Positions 1-12,449 of a DNA stretch of 64,000 nucleotides are shown here, in pieces; position 1 is the stretch's first letter; every line of letters begins with the position of its first letter. The stretch is taken from contig JAYWIR010000012.1 of NCBI GenBank assembly GCA_036172245.1, positions 2,108,001 through 2,172,000 of the forward strand, written 5' to 3'. The stretch comes from Raillietiella orientalis (lineage: Eukaryota). The notes under the pieces were generated by a model. That model did no database searches. It was given only the letters and a program-made list of their open reading frames with translations, and was not told where the DNA came from. Made by a program: the position numbers and the translations under genes.

Positions 1-1180
1 AATCCTCGAGCCACAGCTCGCTTGGAAAGATTGTTTCCAGTCTCGGTTTAAGCGGCTGCGAGGACAGTAGCTGCAGCAACAAGCCTCTTGGGAATTTATG
101 GTCTCGAAAAAGGGTCTCGAAGAAGGGAGGAGTAACAGTGGCCTAAGACGCAGAGTGAAGCAGAAGAAAAACGAGGATCAGAGTTGAAGGGTCTGGTGAA
201 GAGAACCACGTTGCTCACTTTGTTTAAGGAGAGAAGCAACGTGGTGAGCAGCAGGATGAAACTTCTTTACTCAGCGATGAAGCAGGCACTCGCTCCCTGG
301 ACCAAACTTAGAACAGGAGTGTGGAGTAATCCCCAGCGCGCTTAACTGGGGATTCATCGATTCCTTGGATGCCGGATAACCTCTAGGTTTCCCCACTCTG
401 CCTCTGATGAAGTCTCGAGGAGATGCGGAGAGACACGATCATCCCGATAACCAAGAGATTTTACAAGATTCAGCCCCTGTGACTGGATTATTGACTGCTA
501 AGGAGAGAGGAAGGCACGGAGCGTTGTAAGGTTGCTCCAGGGCTCCCAGGTAACGCGCGAGGATCCCCATTTCTTCCTATACAAGGGGGTCCTTGGAAGC
601 AGGCGGCCTGTTCTTCAGCCCGAGATGCGGTTTCCGAACACGGGTTTCAGTCTGCGCACCGGACGATCTAGGCGCAGTGCCCATTTCCTTAGACGCTTCG
701 TCTTTTAGGAATTTGTGAATTTCTTGAAGGTTAGGGGCTGCTTCGAGACGGAACTTCGTTTTCGGACTCATCTACCTGGATATGCTGTCCTTCTCCGCGC
801 AGTGACCACACGCCTTCATAAGCCGCCTTGGTGCCTGGCAGGTGCCAGACGCCACGGTTACACCAGACTCGTCCCTCTGCAGCAGAACTTGGGCGTTCCT
901 CGCAGATTGGCAGGTTGCGCTTTCCATCTGCACGGAGAAGGAAGGCAGCCGTGCCTTTTCGAGGCGGCTGCTACGAGGGGGGGGTGCGTCACTTCGAAGG
1001 GAAGCTCGCGGCCTGACTGCCTACCTCCCCCCCAAAGTGTTTGCACCTCTCTTAAAAAAAAAGATCGCCTCCGAAGACAATCCTACTGGTGGACGAGGTG
1101 TCAGGAATCGCGGGATCATTCCACTCTTCGAAAAGCAAATAAGAATGAAGCACGCAGTGTTTTTTTTTTTTTTTTTTCGA
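1..1180 (+). mobile_element. Degenerate L1/Tx1-type LINE ORF2, 3' part
   Basis: GVWSNP (cf. PLWxNP) at ~316, ELRFRTH..., eroded Cys/His knuckle at ~830-900, T-rich end at ~1157-1177. Confidence 0.45.
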
Positions 1181-1279
1181 GAACATTCCCTTGCAGTCCG
1201 CGCTTTACCGAGAGTGAACACGAAGAAAAACAGAGCTCGCGGCTAGCAGCAACTTTCTGAGGGAAGAATTCCTGGAAAA

Positions 1280-2250
1280 CAATAGTTAGAGAACGAGTTT
1301 GCTCAAGACTAAAGGAACCCGGTGCGCTCTTGGATTTCGGTTGCCATGCAGTTGCATAAAGAATGCGTAAAGGAAATCCTCAAATTCCAATAGATGCATT
1401 TTCAAGTCATTCTCATCGGGGATTTCATGCGGTGTTAGGAGAGATACCGTACGCACCCTCTGACCGATTGAAAACGATGAAGAGGAGTCTACCCCTTCCG
1501 ACAAGTCCACTTGAACACCGTGATTCCCAAAAAATGGATGCCAGCTTGGAGAGCGTTCTTGCCCAGTGCATCCTTGGGTGCAGTGCTCAGATTTGTCAGG
1601 GAGTCACTTCCAAGTGCTGATGATTTCAATGGTGATGATGTTGACCTTCTCTTGTGGCCTCGGTCGAAAGCCAACGTTTCTCGTGGACGCTGACTGTGAG
1701 ACGTTAAGCTGGATTTCCATCAAATGCATCGGTAGCAGACGATGGTCGCGGTGAGTTCCCGCGAGCTGGCGACCCAGACCGAAGAGGTTACCCGAAATAC
1801 TTCTGGGGATTGGCAGCCGCCGCCAACCAGGATATTACGAGAGCACGCATCAACTTGGAGCCAGGCCTAGTGTCCCATAGCGAAGGAATGTGTAACCACA
1901 TCGGAGACCACTTTTTTCCATGAATGTCCACCAGCAGCGTCGGAAGAGCAAGGCGGAAGAGACAAGTATCGAGCGTTGGCTCGCAGATTCGCGTCCAAAA
2001 GAATGCCAGCAGTCGCAAGAGGAATCTCAGGAGGGTTAGTGGAACCCGAGAATTGAGGGAATGTCGAGGGAGTTGAAAGTTTTCCCCAAAAGCAGATGGA
2101 GCGTCCCAGCAGTAATCGTTCTTCTCGAGCATCCGTGCTGCCGTGCTTCCGGGATGTGGGTTGGAAACATCGGTAGGTCACCATCCATATTGGAAGAACG
2201 TTCGACAATCACAGGAAGAGTTGAAGCGGTGTGAAAGGGGAAGGAGATGA
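1280..2250 (+). mobile_element. Degenerate LINE ORF2 (endonuclease end and linker)
   Basis: IDAFSSH...SDRL (cf. LxDxW...SRLD) and ITRARINL...TTFFH (cf. RSR..W...NTKFFH). Confidence 0.4.
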
Positions 2251-3329
2251 TGGAAACTCTCCTCCTTCACTTGCCTATAGTATCCCATTTCTTTTACATA
2301 TACATATATGTATGAATTAAATTTGGGGTGGCTGCGTGGTGGTGTTCGACGAACGAATCAGAATACAATCCTTAATGCTGCCTACGATCAGCTGGCTGCA
2401 CTGCGTGCACCGGCTGATCGTAGGCAGATGGATGAGGAGCCCAAGCTGCGGGTCTTTTTGAAATAGAAACGGCCCGATCGTGGAGAATGAAAAGTGATTT
2501 AGTCGGTGGGCGCCAAATACGATACAAAAGGGACGATTTCCTTTCTTTTCTTTCCTTCGAATTTTCTGGGGAGAGCGAACGCAGACGACGAGTCACGGGA
2601 TACGAAGCGGGTTCAAGAGTAAGCTGTTGCAACTTCCCAGCGATGGAGCAAGGGGAAAAGAGGTCGCAGTTGTCGAAATTCAGACCCCTCTTCGCGGAGG
2701 CGGGATCGCGATTCAGAGCACCTGAGCATCACGCTTTCTTGCTTCCGAGGATGTACATCTTCGAGGGAGCGGATCTGAAAGGAGCTGAAGTGAGCGACCA
2801 TCCGGCAGCCCCGCGTTAATGGGCAAAAGGGAGCGGTAGGCGAAAAATCTGTCTTTTCATTCTGGTGTGGAAAATTCAAAGCCACCTCCTTCCTGGTTCA
2901 CCCCCTTCCATCTCAGATCAGCATCAGTCTTTTCGATTCAGTTCGCCGGATGCTTACTTTTGCTAAAAAACCTCAGCCACGCGAGGAAAGCCATTTGTCC
3001 TCGATCTCTTTGTGATAGGAAATATTTGCTTATTAGTACATAATGACAATAGTAACACTATTATTTCCATGCTCCTAACGGCTTGCGTTTCGTGCTCGGA
3101 ACACGAGGTTCGAGGTTTATTAGGTAATTTCTTGGGACGACATTTCTTCGGTAAAGCTTTTCCAGGGGAATCGTCCTTGCACCCTCATATTTCAGATAAG
3201 GGGATAAAAATAGATGAATCCGCAACGTGGGATTGCACATTTGATTCACACAGTATAATGGAACAGAATAGGGATAAAGGATAGTAAATGAGCGGCAGTG
3301 TAGCTGGAAAATGAAAAAACTGGACATTT

Positions 3330-4100
3330 CATGGACGGAGGTGGTGGTTTCTGAGCAAAACCTCGGAGCAGACGGGCGAAGAAACGACTTTCGAAGGTAA
3401 ACATCAGTTTGCTAACGCGATTGGTACAATTGTGCAAGTGCAAGAGGACAGGGGCAGACCGACCAGGAAATTCCTCAGGTCGCGAGCGACAATTTCTTCA
3501 GCCATCAGCAAAGTAACCTACAGGGGATGCTACTTCCGTATCTTTCCCTGTCTGTTCTTGTGACACCGGGGGCCTGCTTCAACCGAACTGCGTGGTATGC
3601 AGCCTTCTCGTCCTGACATGGCAAACAGGTTAGGAGCATGCCAGACCAACAGCCCGAAACTACCCGATTAGGAGAGGAAAAGATCGATGCTGGCTTTGAC
3701 AGACACCGCGGAAAATTTCTGTTCGTTCCCTTCTCCTGTCACTGCTCTCTGAGGAGTCCATGCAAATGGAAGAGGCCAAGTGGGAACCGTAGCCTTTTCC
3801 CTCTTGTATTGGTGACTCTTTGGCATGCATCAGTGTCTCATTCCCAAAGAGCACGGAATCGTCGGTGCAATTTGTTCACTCGGCGTGCACCCAGTAGGGC
3901 GCCTTTCGTGTTGCTTCTACCGGATGAGCTGCCGTGGTGACTGCTGCCTCATCTTCCGCCGACTCGAGGAATCGGCTTGGCTGATGGCACTGCAGCTGGG
4001 GGTTCACTGAAAGTGGGGAAGCCGCCCTTTGCGTTCCCTTTTCTTGCATTCCTGTTTCACTTCTCTTGCTGTTCGCGTTCGGCGTTTCTTATCGAAACGG
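3330..4100 (+). mobile_element. Degenerate LINE RT core
   Basis: In order: KIDAGFDRHRGKFLF (cf. LDxxKAFDxVxWxFL), SGNRSLFPLVL (cf. QGDPLSPLLF), LLLPDEL (cf. YADD). Confidence 0.55.
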
Positions 4101-4869
4101 AGACGCGTGCACCCTTGGCATATGCACTCTTTGTGATAAATGGGAGCGAGAAGAAACTCCGAAAAATTTGCGCCACTGATACAGGCGCTCCGATTCAATC
4201 GAAAGATCGTTATTTTACGTAGTTACAGGCTATTTCGGAGAGCGAACGGGAAGCGATCCTCGGAAAATAAATAAAAAACACAACGGCAACAAAAAAAAAA
4301 AAAAAAGGCTATAGGAAACGCGAGACAAGACCAGGAAAAACCCTTTCACAAGTTTATTGGTCCGGCAAGTTAAAGCGATGCAAGAGCTGTATGCACTCAG
4401 AAATTTATTGTGATCAAATGGAAAGTCGGGAGCCTTTCCTTGGAAACCGGGAGAATCAAGCCACGAGGCAGGGGTAAGTGCCTGTTTATCTATCGATCAA
4501 CAACATGATGAATATTCTCTTTGGTATTCAAGGCGCACACACGGGAACTTTGAGATAAATTCGTATGATTTATTGAACCTCCTCATCAGATTTTCATTAA
4601 AAAATAATTAGACATCTCTGGCAGCAGGGCTTTCTCTCGGAGGAGGTCGTGCAAAACCCGAGCTCCTCGGCACAGCGGTAGCTGCTGAGCCAGACATCAG
4701 CATTTGCTTTTCCGACAAATGGCTGAAGCGTCATCGTGAAGGGAAACTCCGTTCCTCGATCCAGCTTCTGCAGATAATCTGTTGATTCTCACTGGTGGTT
4801 CTGAGCTTTCGGTTCCAGGAAAGGTGCGGCCACTCGTGAGGGTGCGCTGCTTCGCTTTCCTTTTCAACG

Positions 4870-7800
4870 TGCGGTGCTCGCACGCGTCAAGCAGAGACGG
4901 TGCCCTTCCAGCTTCCCTTGCCATCATCCTGTAATCAGAGGAGCTCCTCTTATCCCCAGCTCTTTGAAATGTCGTCACGATTCCGAGCCCCCTGTTTCGT
5001 CTCGAGCAAACACTTTCTGTTCTCGTGCGGCTGCATCTCTAATGAAAAGCTCTGCAGCTCTTCCCACTACTTCAAGATCCAGTACCGAAGTCACCTGCAG
5101 GTTCATGTGCGAGCAGACTTCCTTGAAGTTAAGCAGTGGATGGGCGCTGAGCGCGTCTCCCTCGAGTCTGGTGCTGTACGCAAGTACCCTTCCAGACGAT
5201 TGGTGGTGTGAGGATGGGCAATCGGAATCGAAGGCTGGAGCCACCTGCCGGATTTCCGAAGCATCGATCACGAGCATTTCCGATAATGGCCACAGTGGAA
5301 TTGCGCTACGCTCATCTCATCTAGTGTCCTACTCTTGATGTGCTGACGTGCACCGTGTTTCAATTCCCATCAGGTCGTTGCTTCAGACTTTTCTTCTGAA
5401 TGCCCAGAAACTTTAGGAAGGGAAACAGAACAAGCAAGGGAGGTGAAAATCTCAACCTCTCTGCGGATGCTTGCACCACTTCTGCCGCTGTTTGGAAATA
5501 AGCTCCTGAGGAGATCAGAGATAAAGACAGCAGGCCAAAAGGAACGATCACTTTCGAAGCTCCATTTTTTTGAAGAATGAACAAAGAAATATTTTTGGCC
5601 GAGTTCATTCCCTAGCCGTGGAAGAACGGAGGCAGCGCTTAACTGTTTGCCCTGGAAATCGAGAGCTTTCAATGTTTTCCAAGCATCAGAATCAACGAAG
5701 ATGGAATTAATCAGCTCTTGACCGGAAGCGTTGGCATTTGACGATCTGGTCAGAAAAATATGAAACAGCAGTGCTGATACGGAGAGCACCGTTCTCTTCC
5801 AAGAGTCTTCCTGTTTGCTCTTGGCTCGTTGGCACACCTTCCCTCGAGTGGGACTTTCCAAGGAAAAAACGAATACGACGAGTTTGCCTTTCGAATGAGG
5901 AAAACAAACAAGGAATCTTCCACTGAAACGAGCGCACGCTCTTCTGATCCGGGAAAACACAGCGGATCTCGGAGGCGGGTCGTCAGAACTGGGAGCTACT
6001 TGGAAAGTCGGGATCAGAATGTAATACACGTTCTCGTTCTTGTATCGGAACGTCACGTGATCCGGTTGCATGACTCCGTGCACTCTGATTTCCAGCGAAC
6101 CTCGCAGCAGAACTTTCCGTTTTGGTTTCAGGAAAGCTGAAGACGAGTGATGAACCCGAGGGAGACTTTCCAGTACCCAGACGTTGCTATGAACAGGTGC
6201 GAAAACATCAATGTCATAATCACAGCTGGACTGCATCTCCTACAACCGAGAGATTTCTCAGAATCTCTTGCTTGCGGAATGTGGTTCCACAATTGAAAAG
6301 ACGAAGACAGAAGTGGCTCGCCGATTCTTGACTGAAGTCGCCTGTCGCGAAGGGAAACGCTCAGTAGCGTGGGGAACCGCGCATCTACCTGTCTCGAGAG
6401 TGATTCGGATACGACCAGAAAGGAGGTGTTTCGCATCCTGCAGTGCACCGTGTTCGCAAAGCATCGATCTGACCTTCGGAACGTCGCCTGGAAGCCAGGA
6501 GCGAGCCAAAGGAGGGAAGGAGAGGAAAGGGCTAGTAGACGAGAGTCAAAGGGAAGCACAGCCACTATTTAACGCGGTCGTCGGCGTTGCCAACGAACGA
6601 CAAAAGCTTGTGGGACTTGTGGGACTTCATCTCGTCCATCCAAAGAGGTTCCGTTGCATTGAGTTCTGCGATCCTGAAAGGATGCTCGCTGATAGCGGCT
6701 GAGAAACTGCATCGGCAGGAACCACACAAGTTTCACATTTTTTCACATTGCGGAACTCTGTTTCTTTGCCTTCTTATTAGCTCCCCCTTCAACATGCGGT
6801 GAGGGGAGGGGGGTAATAAGAAGGCCTAGATCTCGCTGGTGATGCCATCGGTCTGTACCATAAGGGAGAAAAGGAGTTGCGCGGTGCCACAGTTCAGTTG
6901 CCTCCAGCTAAAAACCGGACCTCTTCCACCATTGAAACAGGAAACTGAATGAGAGAGGATGAAGAAGAGCAAAGTGAAAGTGATTTGCCAGAGTCGCGAA
7001 GGCTCCTCGTCCACGAAAAGAACCTTGAGAGATCAGCTACGGTGCCTCAGAGAGCGAGCGCAATCCTCCGGCGGAAGGATCACTCTGATAAGCAGTCACC
7101 AGCCTCTTGTCATTCAGCTACCAGCCTTCAGCAAGGCAGCGGCAGACCGAAGGTGATAATGAAAGTCGAGTCAAAGATCGGGTCCATGATTCGATCAGAG
7201 ATAAGGGAAGCACCCTCCTATTCTGGCCTCGGCGAGCGGGAACGAACCTGCGGCTGCCGCAGGACAGGGTGAGCTCTCGTTCTCGCGAGAGTCTTCGAAG
7301 CCTCGGACGGGTCTTTCGTTTCAGCGCGGAGCCGCGCCAGGTTCGACCATCGAAGTTTCGAGGAGTGCACTCTGAAGGAGCGGGGCGGCGGGAGGGAATC
7401 CTTTCCTGAGGACACGTTTGTCCTACTCGCCTTCCTTCATCTCCCTTCCCCCTCCGCCGGCGGTTAGGACGAGGCCGGTGACACCCGGATCTCAGAACGA
7501 GGGAGCAAAAAAAAAAAATGCGAGTCCGTGGCAGGCTTTCCTCGAGCTCGCGCGAGTCCAGGGACGGGCTTCGCACCTGGATGGTGGAGCGTGGTCTACA
7601 GGAGTGCGTGTGCAGGGCAGTCGCTTTAGAGAAACACGACCCAGACGAGCAGTCGTACGGTGGAATGACATCTTCAGCGAAAGGACCGGGAGCGAGCGGG
7701 ATGGCGCGAGTCCCCCCTGTACTCCTGAAGCTACTTTCTTCTCGGTTCCGGCGTTCTTTCCACCCCGTCTAGCCTCCCGGATTCACGCGTGTTGCCTACC

Positions 7801-7900
7801 AAAGGAACACCCCGAAGAAACTCGCGGTTTCTGCTCCATTTTGGCCCGGGAGACGTTCCGAAGGAAGCGCAAGTCATCCGTGTGCTCCGGAGATGCTGCA
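4870..7900 (+). mobile_element. Long degenerate L1/Tx1-type LINE ORF2
   Basis: Colinear eroded motifs: LKTSDEPEGDFPV..Y (KSPGxDG), ERFLRISCLRNV (DFRPISLCNV), QPLFNAVV, IEFCD (FADD), SSGGRITLISS (LSxGGRITLIKS), PSYSGLG (PxxGGLG). The 5' and 3' limits are uncertain. Confidence 0.65.
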
Positions 7901-8249
7901 GATACAGGAAAAGAAAAGAAGAGGTACCACATCCATAAAAGACGGATCGTCGGAGAGGGGAACGATTGGCGAGGGAGGAAGAGGAGGGTCGCTTCGTTCA
8001 GGGGAAGCTCATGTGCAGCAGGGTCTGCTGGTAACGGGAAGGTGATCTCTGCCGGATGGGTTCAGCATGCGCAGACGACAGGGTTTAGCGCGTCGCTCAG
8101 AAACCCTAAGGGGGTAGGGGGGGATGGTGGGACGAAGTGCATGCTCAGAGAGTCTTCCAGCTTTCCAGGGGCTCCTTTCTCCATCCTCCGGCTCTTCCCG
8201 TATCCCGGAGGCCCTCTCCTGAGTGTTTCTGGCATTCCCAGAGTAGGAG

Positions 8250-9150
8250 GAGGATGGCGCTAGCGGAGGCTCCTCCTCCTCGTCCCTCAGAGCCCTCCCT
8301 CCCTCTTTGCAGGCTCGGAATAGAAAAGGAACTACGAAGTCGAGGAAGAGCACACGCTGTCCGAAAGTCGGGACAAAAGTCAAAGTGGATGAAGGCCGGC
8401 AGGTGCACTCGGAGGTGTGCACGCCGCGCGGTGTTGTCTTGCAAGGATCCGGGCCGAGCGCACGCGTTCTCGCACGCGTTCCGTGAGAGGCGTAGTAGAG
8501 TCCGGGATGGGAAGGATAAAGGGTCTGAGGCCTCCGTTGCCTAGGAACGCTTCCCTGGGAAACGGGGCCCGCTAATCAGGACTGCTGCAGTTCGAGAGCG
8601 TCCTTTTGTTTCTTTCCTTCGACTTCCCTTCTCTTCACGCCAACTCCTCGAATGCTGTTGCCCTTTTTTCCCTCCTCTCTTCGAAGATCGCATTTCCTTT
8701 CCCCCCCCTTCTTCCCCTTTGTGAAGAGCGTCCCGGATTTTGTTGACCGGGAGCTTGGACTTCGCCGGGATGCAGGCCGCCGCGCCTCGCGCTCGCGACG
8801 AAGCACGAGAATAGAGAGTGGTGGTTCGCAGGGGAGGAAGGAGAGTGGCAGAGGAGAGGAGCTAATTATCGGAAGTTCCCGAAAGCTGGAAGTGGCCGTC
8901 CACTGGCAGACTGGCAGCCAGTGGACGGCCGTCTCACCGGACTTTCCTACCATAGACAGAGGTTGAGGGGTGGGGAGGGGGAAAAGGAAGGAGGAGGGGG
9001 TTTTCCTTCCTCCTGAAGAAGTCGCTCTGAAGACCCCGTTCAGGATCGCCATCGCCAGTCTCTCCCTTCGCCCTCACGAGGCTGCGATCGGATAGACTCC
9101 CCACCCTTCCTGACCCGATCGTTGAGAAGAACTTGGGATGAGGGATGGGG
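8250..9150 (-). mobile_element. Degenerate LINE RT fragment
   Basis: ILNGVFRATSSGGRKTPSS (LxxVF...GxxPxS), HWLPVC (NWRPIS), PSSRSTKS (PGRS..DN). Confidence 0.45.
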
Positions 9151-9373
9151 TGGGTGAGGAAAGTTCATACAGAAAACCCTCCCCTTTCTTTCTGGAGGGC
9201 TCGGACTTATGGGGGAAAGCAACGCCTTTTTCCCTCAGGAAGGGCTGCTTCCAGGTCTTGGATATCCGCAGGAAGGAAGGGGCTCAAGACGGGGCACAAC
9301 CCGAGGGAATAAGCAAGCGGAGTCTATTTGCTCGGTGCCGGAGCGCCGGCCGCTCCCGCGGGCGCCACGCTAC

Positions 9374-9519
9374 CTGTTCCAGTTGCTTGAGGTAGTTGGA
9401 GGCGCTGTAGCCAGCATCGATCAGGGACTTCCCGGAGTTGAAGATGGCGACTATGACCATGCCCAGAGAGAACATGTCGCTCAGGATGGAGCATTTGGCA
9501 GTCGTCTGGATCTCCGGAG
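9374..9519 (-). CDS. SCYL2: SCY1-like pseudokinase, coding exon 5 (gene continues left of window)
   Basis: Acceptor cccttccag|CT and donor CAG|GTAGCG, 146 nt, phase 1/0. Encodes (A)PEIQTTAKCSILSDMFSLGMVIVAIFNSGKSLIDAGYSASNYLKQLEQ (APE and subdomain IX SDMFSLG). No later exon was recognised in 1-9373. Confidence 0.95.
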
Positions 9520-9629
9520 CTGGAAGGGAGAGCGCACCTTAGCTCGCAGGAAAAAAGAGATGTCGCTGGGACGCTGGCGATCTGGACTGACGGACTAGCG
9601 GAAAAAGAGGAGTCGAGCAACCGGCAACT

Positions 9630-11300
9630 CAGGCGAGTAAGCAGAAGTTTCCGGGAAGGGGGGACGATCCCGTTTTAATGGAGGAGGAATCTGGCAGCGA
9701 GGGTCTCCACCTCATGACCCCTGGGAGAGACCAGGAAGAACTTCCTCGTCCAAGTTCACCTGTCATTCCGCAGATTATAGCCCACCTTTTTCCTGAGAAG
9801 GATGCCAAAAGGTTTTTCGCGCATTCGGAATTTCGGAACAACTATGGTTTCTCCCCTCTATTGCCGACAGTGAAGCCTCGTGGATCCCCGCCCAGGACCT
9901 ACGAAACGATGGTCACTGGTCTGGAAATGCCTTCCACAAGAAGCTTCTCCTCTCTAGACTCTCGAAAGACACGATCTGCCACCATTTTTTTGTTTTTCCT
10001 CATGTTTTCCCTCTTCCTCCCACCATCACTCCCGCGTTTTCTTACTTTTCTTGTTTGAGTCTGCTCCCGAGGCAGTGGGATCGATAAAAGGTCAGGTGCT
10101 GTCCTCCAACACTTCCTCAGAAAATAGTGACGGGAAAAATTCGAAGGAATCAGGAAATAGTATCCCTTATCTCTTCCTTTCATCTGGACCAGTGAGGAGA
10201 GGCGAACAGGATTCCTCTTTTCTTTTGTGATATTGGCCCTCCTTCCAGTGCAATCCTTGCATTCCTCTTGGAGAGGGCACATGGCATGGGAGAAGAAACT
10301 GCTGAGTCGTTGCAGGTTCCCTTCCCGGGAATAAGAGAGAGAGGAATTTTCTCCCCCACTGCGGAATTTAACCACAGCTCTTCGCCTACGATTTCAGTTT
10401 CCTCCAGATTCTTCCTGTGTCCTCAATCGCGAAATTTTCCAAACTCCACAAAAGAAACCAAAGAAGAAAAAAAACTCAAGAAGAAACCGCACAATCAAGG
10501 AGGCACCTCCTTCTTCCTATGTCGGCGTTCCTCCAGCGAATTACCCTGCCGTCTTCAGAGCAGAGGAAGACCAGCTCAAGCTCCACGAAAGGGCCACAAT
10601 CGTCCATCATTTGAGATGACATCTTTTTCCTGCTGCCCGCCTTTCGCAGCAGCACTAGTCGCTTAACGCTCCACTGCCGCGAGGCAAAGTGCAACAAAAT
10701 TTCCAGAAGCCTCAGCGCCAAATAGCAGCTGCCAGAGCTCTTCGGGAAAAGATCGCCGCAACATCACAAATCAGCACCCGTTCGGAGCAGTGCCATTCTG
10801 GATTCTTCTCTGCTAGTCTTCTCAGCCGACTTTTTCGAACAGATCAACAGATGCAGCGCCCGTCTCGTTCGGAACTCACGCCAACGCAGTGATTCATTCT
10901 GCTCCAAGGACTGAGGATGTAGAAGCAACTCTTGAGCCTGTACAATCTCGGGGCATATTCTTCTACCCTCGAAGTCCCCAGGCGTTTTCCATCCTCTCCC
11001 ATGTGAGCTCACAGGCATCCACCTCGTCAGCTTATCTTCCGCCTCAGTTCGCGGGTCCCCCGTTCATCATCCCTCCCAGTTCGTACTCAGCACAGGTCTC
11101 GCAGGAATTTCTCCACTGATGAAGGACCTTCCGTGAAACCGGACCCACACGCTGCCTAGGCACCGCGATCTGCAGCCCGTGGTTAGGAGCACATTCTGCT
11201 AACTGCGGGGGAAAGCTACGAGTCAACAGTGTTAGCCAGTTGTCTCGGCAGCGGCCGTGCGAGGCAGCCTTTAACGAGATGCGGCCGGAAGGCACGAAGC
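9630..11300 (+). mobile_element. Degenerate LINE RT filling SCYL2 intron 4
   Basis: KFPGRGD, ELPRPS...IIAHLFPEK, NNYGFSPLL (NYRPISLL), NQGGTSFFL, frameshifted F(A)DDIFFL at ~10610, then FQK(A)S(G)AK. Confidence 0.6.
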
Positions 11301-11530
11301 ATCGCAATCAAAAATTCACAATGAAAGAAATCAAAGCGTCGAATAACTTGGGGAAACGTTATCGATTGCGAGGAAGCTCCCTGGCTTTTCGAGAAGCTGC
11401 TGCGATGATGCAACAATGCACCTCACGCTGGAAATGGCGTCAAGTTCATTGTTGGCGTTAGGCTCGATGCCAAGGGAACAAAGGCTCGGGCCTGCCTTCG
11501 TCAGTAACTGTCGGGTGATAGGGAACTGAC

Positions 11531-11626
11531 CTATGAAGTCAAGATTCGGTTGCGCCATCTTGAATAATCTTGAAGACCATGGCTGGCAGTCGATGAGTTC
11601 GCAGTTCTCAGCATCACTCGTGTACT
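11531..11626 (-). CDS. SCYL2: SCY1-like pseudokinase, coding exon 4
   Basis: Polypyrimidine tract plus ttccag|AG acceptor and G|GTCAGT donor, 96 nt, phase 1/1. Encodes (E)YTSDAENCELIDCQPWSSRLFKMAQPNLDFI, with the SCYL2/bma motif KMAQPNLD. Confidence 0.93.
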   Translation of the reverse strand, partial: STRVMLRTANSSTASHGLQDYSRWRNRILTS

Positions 11627-11649
11627 CTGGAAACACAAGAAAGGTAAGA

Positions 11650-12030
11650 AAGAAAAAAATGAATGATCCAGGAAGTGGCCAAAGTGCTCGTTTACGTGGG
11701 AGCGTGAATAGCGTGGGGGCGCAGGAATATCCGGGCTTCTCTTTCGGATCCCTTGCACGATCATCGTTGGTGCTAGGCGTGAGCAGGAGTTTCCACTTGG
11801 CGTGTCGATCGGCGTCAGCCATGTGAGCTTTTTCATCGGAATTCCGGCGGGGAAAATCTGTCCATCGGGACAAAGCAAGACTCGCGCCACACGTGGCTCG
11901 CTCGAAGATGGGTTCTCGCGCGCACTCATGCAAACCCTTCCGCACACGTTACGGTTCATCGTGACGTTCGTCCGGGCTTCCGGGAGATCTATGGAGCTCA
12001 AAGAGTTCTCCCTTCTTCGTACAGATGCAA
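11650..12030 (-). mobile_element. Possible LINE ORF2 fragment
   Basis: RDPKEKPGYSCAPTL resembles PKxEGGLxxP. Only one motif was seen. Confidence 0.25.
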
Positions 12031-12449
12031 CAAAGGCATTTTTTTTTTTTTTTTCTAACACACAACCCCCCCCTCCTTCCGCTCCTTCCCCAAAAGTGAG
12101 TCAAAAGGAAAAGAAAAAAAAGCAAAAGATGTTGATAACTGATCGATAACGCCAGAGTTCTTCCCCGTGATGGAGCTCCTGTTTTCATTTCAGGTGTTCG
12201 TTGGGTGCGCTTTTCCTCCGAGAATACCTGACCTGCGAATTTCCTGCTTCCTGCTCCGCTTTTAGGAACCCCGAAGTCGGCCTGCGGAATAATCTCCCCC
12301 TTCTCCTCCTTTCCCTAGCGACCGCGCGCCCGTCCGCTCGGAGCGCTGCTTTTTTTATTTGAGGGGGAGGGGAGGCATTGGAAAGAAGGGGTACTAAAGC
12401 CTCATGGAAGAATTCCAGGAGAGTAGATTAAAAATTAACAATTGAGAAG

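Noticed and set aside
4290..4420. Minus-strand polyadenylation signals as the 3' end of the SCYL2-like gene
   Set aside because: The HEAT-repeat and C-terminal exons expected for this family were not found before it, and AATAAA is common in AT-rich patches.
5370..6236. 288-aa minus-strand ORF as a nested gene (has an LRR-like LKALDFQGKQL stretch)
   Set aside because: It lies antisense to colinear LINE ORF2 motifs on +, and no coherent domain or splice structure was recognised.
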